DNA of 64,000 nt. Source: a virus. The stretch is taken from positions 128,001 to 192,000 of the IMG/VR virus record IMGVR_UViG_3300045988_139374, one strand, 5' to 3'. Below, in pieces: positions 44,920 to 55,600 of this stretch. The notes beneath the pieces are model-generated. The model was not told the DNA's origin, did no database searches, and was given only the letters and a program-made list of their open reading frames with translations. Each line of letters starts with the position of its first letter. Position 1 is the stretch's first letter. The position numbers and the translations under genes are program-made.

Positions 44920-45001
44920 GCAGGAATGGTGGAATGGCAGACACGCTAGACTTAGGATCTAGTTCTTCGGAGTGAGGGTTCAAGTCCCTTTTCCTGCACC
45001 A
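44920..45001 (+). tRNA. trnL: tRNA-Leu (anticodon UAG), class II with a long variable arm, encoded CCA
   Basis: Acceptor GCAGGAA / TTCCTGC. Anticodon stem CTAGA / TCTAG with loop CTTAGGA. T-arm GAGGG TTCAAGT CCCTT. 3-prime ACCA. Confidence 0.85.
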
Positions 45002-45033
45002 TGTAGAATTATCTCCCCTAATTCTACTCATAA

Positions 45034-45110
45034 GGGCTATTAGCTTAGTTGGTCAGAGCTTCTGGCTCATAACCGGATGGTCGTAGGTTCGAGTCCTACA
45101 TGGCCCACCA
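45034..45110 (+). tRNA. trnM: tRNA with CAU anticodon (elongator Met or lysidine-modified Ile2), encoded CCA
   Basis: Acceptor GGGCTAT / ATGGCCC. Anticodon stem TCTGG / CCGGA with loop CTCATAA. T-arm GTAGG TTCGAGT CCTAC. The 1-72 pair is G-C, so it is not initiator-like. Confidence 0.8.
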
Positions 45111-46050
45111 TTAGAGATTAAGATACCACACACGCTAACGCTATTTTAATCTCTTTTCTTTCTTGTGTATAGAGGGTGGAAGAAACACAAGATAGAGATT
45201 CAAGTTCATTTCTTTCTTTCTTCTTGAATCTCGAAGCGAGGTTCGATTCATTAGTTCCGCAACCTAATGATGGTGCAGTACGATTCTGCAGGGGATAAAT
45301 AGATTTGGCCACTCCTTTCAATTTATTCCTAACGCTTAGATCCATTTGATCTAGCCTGCGTGCCTATTTGATCGGTTACGTAAAGATTCCTGACGGGAAC
45401 TACGTTTAATTTGAAATACAATAGCCGCGTATAAAAATTGTATTTATTATTTCTTTTCTTTCTGATCAATAGAATTAAATTATAAATGCAATGGAGGATT
45501 AGATGGCCCAAATAATGACTACTGGGAGAATGTAGTAAGTCTCGAAAGTATCTACCGAGACGGGAGAATATAATGTGGCTCATATAACTATTCCTTCTGT
45601 AGGCTAGTTATTATTGCCACATTATGAATGGACATAGATACTCTTGTAAATTCTAAGGAGGCTAAGTTATACTTGTTACTACTGATCATAGTGGGTATAA
45701 CTTTATTAATGGTGGCCGCAGATGTAAAGAATTTACTGGATCTAATGTAAATCATCTAGCATTAGATTAAGAAAATAATTATGTATTTATATTGTGCGAT
45801 ATAAATATCTTAATTAAGATGAGCTGTGGGTATGAGATTGGATTATTGACCCTCTATACTACCATCTAAAGCATCCTTTTGGTAGTGAAGTTAGATGCCT
45901 TTTTCTGGTATTGGTTTTCGAAGGAAGAATAGATGTGCTCGGGCAGAACGAGCGGAATAACCTATACCCTCCTAACTAAGATTGTGGTGGACATTTATCA
46001 AGTTCGAGCCTTGAATCTTGGACAATAAGAATGATTCTATTTGAGAAAAA
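45111..46050 (+). ncRNA. candidate large structured ncRNA(s), unclassified
   Basis: About 0.95 kb with no plus-strand ORF of 60 aa or more. Visibly richer in G+C than the flanks. Lies directly 3-prime of two tRNAs. Contains many perfect local stems, e.g. 45113-21/45146-54 (9 bp), 45195-204/45223-32 (10 bp), 45414-22/45437-45 (9 bp), 45570-79/45616-25 (10 bp). T-loop-like GGTTCGATTC and CAAGTTCGAGCCTTG are present. Confidence 0.4.
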
Positions 46051-46069
46051 GAAAGAGAGATGACCGATC

Positions 46070-46573
46070 ATGACAAGTGCATATGATATCATTAAAGATG
46101 TCAAAAGTAATGTCACCCAGTGCTCTTCATCTAAAAAGGATGAGATTACTGTTATGCAGGCTATGATGAATGATACTAACTTTTCAGTTGATGTTTATTC
46201 TAAGGGTGGCAAGGTTGATGAGTACTATCCTTCTCGTGAGTTGAGAAAGGTAGTAACTAACGTAGTAGCTTCTACTACTCATATTCCTGTTAAGGAAGCT
46301 ACTGAACTTGTTAATGCTTATGAATTCACTAGAGTAGATGCGGCTGCTATGGTGAATATGTCTAAGGAATTTGTTAATACTTATCTTCAGACTGGTAGAA
46401 AACTTCCTCTTGGAGGCCGTAAGAATTCTGATATTGAACTCATGTGGAAGAACATTGAAGATCGTACTACAGAAATTCCTATTAAATCTGAAACTGGTGA
46501 ACGTCTGAATACGTTCATTCCCGCTCATGGTGGCATTAAGGCTATCAATCCTTGCCCTGAGTGGTTGAAATAA
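46070..46573 (+). CDS. hypothetical protein
   Basis: ORF from the track. SD is weak. A terminator follows. The antisense ORF 46184..46633 is an artefact. Confidence 0.55.
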   Translation: MTSAYDIIKDVKSNVTQCSSSKKDEITVMQAMMNDTNFSVDVYSKGGKVDEYYPSRELRKVVTNVVASTTHIPVKEATELVNAYEFTRVDAAAMVNMSKEFVNTYLQTGRKLPLGGRKNSDIELMWKNIEDRTTEIPIKSETGERLNTFIPAHGGIKAINPCPEWLK

Positions 46574-46587
46574 ATTTTTAAGATTCT

Positions 46588-46622
46588 GGGGAAGGCCATT
46601 TAGGTCTTCCCCGCTTCTTTTG
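46588..46622 (+). terminator. rho-independent terminator
   Basis: Stem GGGGAAGGCC / GGTCTTCCCC (one G-U pair) followed by a T-rich tail. Confidence 0.6.
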
Positions 46623-46672
46623 TATAAACTCAACTTTAGTATAATACTTTTATATGTAAGGAGGTAATCAAG

Positions 46673-49600
46673 ATGGCTAAGTCTAAAAACAAAGACAACA
46701 ATAAAACTGGCCCTATTGCATATGCCAAAAATGTAGTAAAGTCTGCTAAGTATATTGCTGTTGAGACTGCCAAGGGTGTTAATCCTACACTTACTAGCTA
46801 TATTGCTGATAATGCTTCTGCTGCAAAGGATATGTACAATGCAGCGAAGGATTATAAAGGAACTATTCGTAAGAAGCTAGAAGACTCTATTGGATCTAAA
46901 AATACCGATCAACTTGGACAAATTAAGAAAGATATTTTTAGTGATCTAAAATCTGGTAAATTCTACAATCCTGAACGTGAAGCAGAGTCCATGAACAAAC
47001 TAGCAGAATCTTGGGGAATGACTTCCTTTGATTTTGATATGGATGATGATTTCGATCTAGATTCTGATAATGATGACGATACTGATAGCTCTACTACATC
47101 TTCTAAATCTAATGATATAGATGTAGTTACTGGAGCTATCCATGGTCTTGGAAATCAGATTTCTTATCACCAGCTTATTACTGGTGAGGGAATTGCTGGT
47201 AAGATCGGTGGAGCTAATATCAAGAATACTAGAGCAATGATGACAAATAATAATAGACTCGCTGGAATGTTGAATAATTCCTTGTCTGTTATTAATACTT
47301 CTATTCTTGATCTTCATAAGGATCTAGTAGAACCTCTCAATGGACACATTCAGAATTCTACTAGTTTTTATCAAACAGCTACATCTGAGCTGGCTAAGCA
47401 AACTAGTTATTTGGAGACTATCACTAAACTACTAACAGATAGATTTGCTCCCGTTGCCACTAGTAAAGGTAGTGGAATTAAAGAGACTCCTTGGGAAGCA
47501 GTTATGGGTGGAGATTTGCCGAATCTAGGTAACTGGATTAAGCATGCCAAGAATAAATCAATGGAAGATTCTGGAATGGACTCCCTTGCTGCTATTATGA
47601 ATCCTGAGATGCTGGAGACTTTACTAGGTGCTGGTATGCATTCTCCTATTGCATTGGCAATTACTATGGCTCTTACATCTAAGATTCAAAATGGCCCTAC
47701 CGGTAAAGCTCTAGATAGAACTGTCAATATTTTTAGAGATGGTATGATGAAGGTCGCTGGACAGATTCATAAAGCATCTAAGAATGATGGTATTCTAGGT
47801 ACCATTGCTAGTTTCTTTGACATTACTCCTCATTTTAATCCTAAGATGAATTTCGGTAATTATAATAAGGGACGAGTAGATTGGACTGGTAAGGACTCTA
47901 AAGCACTGAGAGATGTTATTCCTACTTATCTAGCAAATATTGAAGCTTTGCTATCTGGCAGAGAAGCTAAAGTATTTAACTATGAAACTGGTAGATTTAC
48001 ATCTGCAAGTAATGGCTTTAATGAATTTAAGAAATCTAGACAGGCTAATATCGGTAATGCTTCTAAGGGTATGAAGGAAGAACTTCTTCAAGAATTTATC
48101 GATGAAGATAAAGAGAAGTATAAGAATGATGAAAACCATATTGCTTATACTAGAGAATCTAGAGCTGTTAGAAATCTATCTGATGATTATGATAAGATGA
48201 TGTCTCTTATTACTCTAAATCATATTGATCCTTCTAAATTTGATTCTGCTCAGAGTATGCTTACTCTTCTTCGTCAAAGAGGATGGATTAATGATGATCC
48301 TACTAAGGGATTCATTTCTAACAAGAATGCTCGTGCTATTGCTAGACTTATTTTCAAGAAAAAGTCTGGTGTTGGTAAAATGAATAATGCTATCTATTCT
48401 GGACAGATTGCAAATGCTAGATTTGTTGATACTATCAATGAAACTAATCCTATGTTTGCTGCAGTGGCAAATGGATCTGGTATGACTAATACTCACAAAC
48501 TAAAAAGCAATCTAAATAAGAATAGTGCAGATGCTGTTACTATGGCACTTGATGATCATGGTAATAATATTTTCTTCTATCTGCAAGATTATTATAAGCA
48601 AATTAGAGTTATGGTAGACTCTATGTCTGCATCTAACTTTAATTTGTCTACTATCAAGAATGAAATTATTAGTAGATTTAATGGAGGATTTGGTAATACA
48701 GAAAACTCCACTGGAACTTCTGGTAATAGACGCCAGCCTAAGAAGAGAAAAGAATCTTCTAGAGCAAGTAGAGCAGCTGCTGCAGATGCTGGAGCTGGCG
48801 GCTCAGACTCTGGATTTAGATCTCTATATAATTTCAATTACGACGTTCCTAACAATATAGCTCCTGAGATTATTACTCCTGAAATGGCCGAAGCTTCTGC
48901 TGGAGCTTCGGAGAGAGAAGCTGCAATTGAAGATCCTGAAGGAAGAATGGTATATAATTCCTCTACTAAGCGATATGAAGCTCCTAAGGCTTCTTCTAGA
49001 GGATCTTTCCTAAAGTTTAAGGAAAATGCTAAAGATCATAGTATCCTATCTATCATCGTTGATAAATTCAATGATTTTATGGATAATACGCTCTTCGGTA
49101 ATGCGCCTGCTGCATTTAAGCAGAAGATTGACGAAGAAGGTGGTCTGTTCGGATACCTGCAATCTTTGCCCAATAAGATTGCTACAGGTCTACAGGATCT
49201 TCCTGATAAAATTGCAAATAAAACTAGTGAATTATGGAAGAAGTTCCAGGAATCTGATTTTGGCAAGAAATTCATGGAATCTTCTAAGAATATTATTTCT
49301 AGTTTCTTTAAAGATACAGAACAATATGCTGAAAGAAAAGCTCAGGGTACTTTAAAGTATCTATTTAAGAATACTAGATTTGATCTCGATAAGAAAGAAA
49401 AAGAAAACGAAGAGGCAATTAATGGACCTATTGCTCTATTACCTCAACATGCTGAATCTTTAATTCCTGAAGATGCTAATCCTGAAGGATCTTATAGAGG
49501 TGGATTAGTTAATAAATCTGGAATGGTTTCTGTTTCTAAAGGTGAATTGATTGTTCCTGCAAAATATAATCCTCTTTATAATGGTGGATTGTCTGATAAA

Positions 49601-52600
49601 CAGAGAGAACAGATTGAGCATAGAAACTATAGAAACTGGAAAAAGGCTGGTGGCAAGGGTAAGTTCTTTGGATTCTTTGCTGAAGGCGGTACTGTTGGAG
49701 AAGCGGATAATTCTCCAAATCTAACTGATGAACAGGCTAATATTATTCTTAATGGATTTAAGAATAACAAGCCTACTGTAGATATTGCTAATGAAGCTGG
49801 AATTGATGAAAAAGTCATTCAAGACATGAGAGTTGAGTATGAGAAAGATAAACTCAATGCAAGTCTTGAATCTATGAAAAAGAGTTTCAAGAAATTTGCT
49901 AAAGTAGCATCTAAAGTTGGCAATGCTGTTAAGAATCAAGCAAAGAAAACTTCCGTGTATCAAACTATTGAGCACGGAGTTAAATATGTATATGAAAGAG
50001 CAAAGCAATCTTCTGACTATATTTTTGGCGATTCTGATGTATATAAAAATATCAAGAAAACTGGAAATGAAGTTGTAAAGGCTGCTAAAGCTGATCTTCC
50101 TAAGGTTGCTGCTGGTGGTGCACTGGGTGCACTTGCAGGTGCTGCTCTAACTGGATCTGGATTGGGTCTAGTTGGTGGTATGGCCATTGGTGCTGGTAGC
50201 ATTATTCTTAAGAATTCTGATACTCTATCTGAAGCACTGTTTGGTAAATTTGATGAAAATGATAAGCTAGTTAAGAAGGGAATCTTACCTCCTAAACTTT
50301 CTAAATTCATTACTGATAAACTTCCAGATGCTGCTAAAGCTGGTGCTATTGGTGCAACGCTTGGTACCTTTGGATTAGCTCCTGGAGGTATCATGGGAGG
50401 CTTTGTACTTGGAGCTGGACTTGATCTAGTTTCTAATACAAATGCTTTCCAAAACATTATGTTTGGACCTAAAGGTGCAGATGGAGAAAGACACGGTGGC
50501 ATCGCTGGATCTATCAAGAATAGAGTTGTTGATCCTCTTATTGCATTTACTGAAAATGGAATGGAGAAGATCAAGAATTTCTTTACTACTAATTTTGTAG
50601 ATCCTGTAAAGAGATTTGTTAATCCTCTAATAGACTATGTCAAGGGTAAAGCTAAGAGTATTGTATCAGATTTTATTGATAGTGCTAAAGATATTGTCAA
50701 GCGCACTATCGGTGAAAAGTTTGATATTCTATTTGGACCTCTTGTAAATCTTGCTAAAGGATTAGGTAAGAAAGCCTTTAGACTAGCAAAGGGTGTAGTT
50801 ACTGCTCCTTTTAAAGCTCTTGGTGGTGTTGGTGATGCTCTGCAAAGACACAATATCAATGCAGGCTATACTAGACTATCTGTTGAAGAACGTGAATATT
50901 GGCGCAAAGAGCATAATAAGAATAAATTCTTTGGACTCAGAGGAAAGAAGATTAAAGAATCTGCTCTTGATAAGTGGGAACTCAGCCTTGATGAGAATAA
51001 GAGAGGCGATCTCATTAGAGAAGCAAATGATTATCTTAATTCTCCTACTGAGCTAAAGAATCAGAAGCATAAAGCTCGTCAGGAATTAAGGGATAAGATC
51101 ACTGCTTCTATGCCTAATGCTGGACTTGGTGAAGATCATGCACTAGGTAAAAAACTCAATAGACTGATGAATAGTGAAGACGTTGTAAAAAATAATGACT
51201 ACACTAAAGTCAGAAAATTTGTCGAAGGGCTGAATATCAGTGATGAAGACAAAGAGAAACTTAAGAAGTCTATTATTGATACAACTGCTAAAACAACTAA
51301 AATTACTGATAAGATTGCTAATTTTGATGTCAATAAAGAGCAATTCTTTAGAGAACAAGGTCTAGATATCAATAACATGTCTAGTAAAGAACTCAGAAGA
51401 ATGAGAAATCAGCTAGGTATTGATGTCAAGAATGAAGATGAGAAAGCAAAAGCTAAATCTGAGGATAGACTCAAAGAGCTCAAAGAAAAGGATGAAAAGG
51501 CTAAGAAGCTAGCAGAAGAAAAGCGTATGAATATGATTGGCAATATTGTCGATTATGTTTCCATTATCGCTGGATACGTTGAAACTCTAATGGGTAAGAC
51601 TAAATCTTCTGTTACTGGAAAGCCTTTTGAATCTCCTAGTGAGAATTTTGAGACCTCTCTAATGACTAATGAACAAGCTAAAGCTGAAGAAGCTAAATCT
51701 AGAATTGGTAAAGATACAGCAATAGATGCTGAATTTACTGAAGTTAAAGATGATAAGAAGAAGCCTGAAATTGCTATTAATGCAGATGCTATTGATAGAG
51801 TAGTAAATCTTGCTACAAGAGGAGTATCTGTAGCAATAATTGCTAAACGACTCAGTATTTCTGTAGATAAAGTAAAAGAGATTATTGCTAATAATAGAGC
51901 TGCTATTCTTGCTGCTAAAGCTACTGGACAACTAGATGGAGTTGGAAAGGCTGGCGCATCTGTAAAAGATGGTGGTAAGCTTATTGGGAACAATTCTCAA
52001 GATGATGGCGAACAAGGAATCATTACTAAGATAGATGCAGATGGCAATCCTATGCAATACATGCGTAATGCCAAAGGAGAGCTCGTTCTTAATACTGCCG
52101 ATGCTGCTACCAAAACTGCATCTGAAGAAAAGAAAAAGTCTAATGAACTAAGAGATAGATTCTATGGAATGTGGGTCAATGGAGGAATCCTCGGAAAACT
52201 CAAAGATCTACTATCTCCTAAACAGGAAAAAGAAAAGAAGAAAACTCTACTGGATACTATTAAGGAGAAACTTGCCGATGCTGCAGGCGCAGTTGGCGGA
52301 GCAGTTTCGAATTTCTTAGGATCTAGTATCGGAACTTCTCTTACATCTTTCCTTGGATCTCTAGGTAAAGATATTATCACTAATCTTCCTTCTATTCTAG
52401 GAACTGCTGCTACAGTAGCTGGTGCTGTTTACCTTGGTAAGAATGCTGCTGGTACAAATAACGATTCCGGAATGCGTAAAGGAATGGATCCTGAAGAACG
52501 TAAGAAGGAAGTAGAGAATTCCAGCCTCTTTAATAAATTCACTCTTGGCGTAGATTCTCTAGAAACTAGAATTAGTGGCAAAAAGATGACCACCTATGAT

Positions 52601-55600
52601 CAAGATGATCATGTGAGTGAATTCTTCACTTCTAAGTGGAAAAAGAGAATTGGAAAGAATGCTCTCATGAGCTTTAATCCTGAGACAGCCGCATCTGCTA
52701 CTGCTGCTTCTAAGCTTATTAGTAAGATTCCTATTGTAGGAAAGACTTTTGGTAAACCTCTAGAAGCTGGCGCTAATGCTGCATCCATTGTTGGTAAAGC
52801 AGGAAAGGCTCTAACTGGTAATTTCTCTATCATTGATCCAGATAAGGCATCCACTGCTGATAAGGGTCTAGAACTAGTTTCTAAGATTTCTAGTAAGGCT
52901 CTTGGTTCTGTTAAACAAATTCTAAAACTTATATCTAAGAAGCTTGGAAATTCTGGAGAATGGGTAGATTCTGCTGCTGAGAGTATTTCTACTGCTTTGG
53001 GCAAAGCTGGATCTAAAGTATCTGGAGTGCTATCCAAGCTTACTGGTGTTATCTATATTGCACAAATTGCACTCGCTGTTGAAGATGGCTTTGAAGATGC
53101 AAGAGCTATGAGCATCTTGGGTATCATTGAAAAGCCTTCTCTTGGCGAAAAGTGTCTAGCTGCTGCATGTAATGGTATTAACTATGCTATTCCTGGTATT
53201 GGTGGTATTATTGGTACTTCCACTATCTTTAATATCGTATTTAATGTCCTTTCTAATTTTATTAAGTTTGGTACTCTTGCTACTAAGAGAGCTGAAGCTC
53301 AAGAGACTGTTAAGCAATATAATGAGGAAACTGGTCATACATACAATGTAGAAGAGTACATCTACAATGTATTGAATATGAGCACTACTCAGGATAAGGT
53401 TAAGTCTTGGGCAAAGAATACTGTAAGTTCTGTTAAGAACACTATTACAGATATCAAAGAAGGTAAACTTACTGTTGGACAAGCAGCAGCAAAGGTAGGT
53501 AAAGGTATTGTAAATGCTGGAAAATCTGCTGGACATTGGATTGCCGGTGTTGGTAAATCTGCAGTTAATGCTCTTGATAGTACTAAGATAGGGCACAAAG
53601 TAGTTTCTGGAGTTAAGACAGTTGCTAAAGCTGCTGGAGAGAAAATCTCTAGTGGTGTTGATGTAGTTAAGGATGCTGTATCTGCATTTAATAAAATGCA
53701 AGATAAGCTGAAAGCTACATTTAAGAGCAAGGATACTACATTTGCTGATATGGTAAATACCCATGTTGATATCGATGAAGATAATCCTCTTGCTGGATTT
53801 ACCAAGGGTGTAGGTGAAGTATCTAAGGTTGTTATGATTCCTAGCCTCTACATTGGAGCTATCGGAAGAAAACTATATAATGACGTTTTGAAACCTACTG
53901 GGCAATCTCTATTACAGGCCGGTACTGATACTCTTGAAACTTTGAAGTCTGATGGACAACTTGCACTACAAGGAGATCTGATTGGACTCTGGAAAAATTC
54001 TACTACTGCAAGTCAAGACAACGATATGTGGTTCATTCCTGGAATGGCTAATATCGGAGCTAAGGTTGCACTTACTGGGCCTACTATGATATTCGGAGCT
54101 GCTAAGCAAGCTTGGGGAGTCATTAAGGGTATTGGCAGCGGAATTAAAGCTGCTGCTGATACACTAGGTGCTAGTTATGATGCAGCTAAGGGTTATTGCT
54201 CTAATGGCGATATGGGAGGTCTATGGACCAAGACTGATTCCGATAAGGGTGAAGAAGGTCAAACTGCTCTAGGCTCTATTCTATCTGCAACTTCTGATTC
54301 TGTCATGAAGGTTGCATTGACTATACCTACTGCTGTAAACTGGGTTGGAAAGAAACTCGGTGGACTGTTCAGCAACATAGCAGCTGCAATGCCTGATGTT
54401 GGTGTAATGGTTGATGATCTTTGGTCTTTCACATCTTCTGATAAGAACATGGATGATTTCTCTAAGACTGTTGATTCTTATAAGTCTAAAGACACTGGTG
54501 TATTTAGTCTCATTGGTAATGGCATAACTACTATTATTGGTGGTATTATGCACCTAGCAGTTGGTTTCTTAAAGCCTTTTATTTCTCTTGGAAATAAATT
54601 CTCCAATGTGGTTAATTCCGCTGGAGATTGGGTTAATAGTAAACTTACTAGCTTTAAGAATTGGCTAAATGGAGACGATGATGATTCTGATTCTAAAGAA
54701 GCATCTGGATCTGGCTCTGGAATTCATACTGAGCAAAAGGGTAACTATACTAAGTTTGGCAATAGTACAATTGATGCAGATGGATGTGGTCCTGCTGTAG
54801 CTTCTACTGTTCTTAAAGCTTGGGGTAAGAAGTCCAATATTTACAGTGCTGCAAAGTATGCTGAAAAGATGGGCTATGTAGCTGGAAGTTCTAAGGTAGT
54901 AGATAGAGGTACTAAGGCATCTTACTTTGGAGATATCTTCAGTAAGAATGGAATTAGTACTAGATATACAGATAATCAATCTGATATTAATTCCGCTATT
55001 GCATCTGGTAATCCTACTGTCTTGCTTGGTAAAGATTCTCAGAATACTTCCAAGTCTAATAGTCCGTTTGGACCTAATCCTCATTATGTCGTAGCACGTG
55101 GTGAAGATAATAAGGGAAATGTTATTGTTGATGATCCTGAGCTGAAAGGAACTGCACTTTATAAAAAGAGCATTCTTAAGAATGTTAAACTTGGTGCTGT
55201 TACCGGTGGTGCATCTGGAGCAACTGATATTATTAATACTGGACTAAATGCTGGATTTAATGCTATGGCTAATAATTCTAGTGGACCTATGTCTAGTATT
55301 ATTAAGACAATCTTTAGTGGATTTAGTTCCTCCTCTACTGATGCTTCTGGTGATTCCTATGGAGATAGTAGTGCAGGATATGTTTATTCTGGAGATTCTC
55401 CGTTCCCCATTGTTACATCTAAACCTAGTGCTGGTGATCCTTATATTTCTTATTATAATAACTCCAATCGTGGTGGGCAGAATACTTGTATCAATGGATC
55501 TCCTACAGACCCTGTATGCAATGTCTTGTCTAACTGTGTTGGCTGGGTTTCTGGTCGTTTCAATCATATATATAGCGTACTATCTGGTGATAAGACCATG

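Noticed and set aside
44920-45001. Suppressor tRNA or an alternative genetic code that would explain the stop codons preceding cassettes
   Set aside because: The anticodon is UAG (DNA TAG), which reads Leu CUA/CUG. It is not CUA, UCA or UUA. Very long ORFs, including the 3432-aa one, are intact in the standard code.
45118-45583. Minus-strand ORFs 45118..45345 and 45329..45583 in the tRNA-adjacent region
   Set aside because: They have no SD, oppose the local transcription direction and overlap each other. Their sequences look like translations of stem-rich non-coding DNA.
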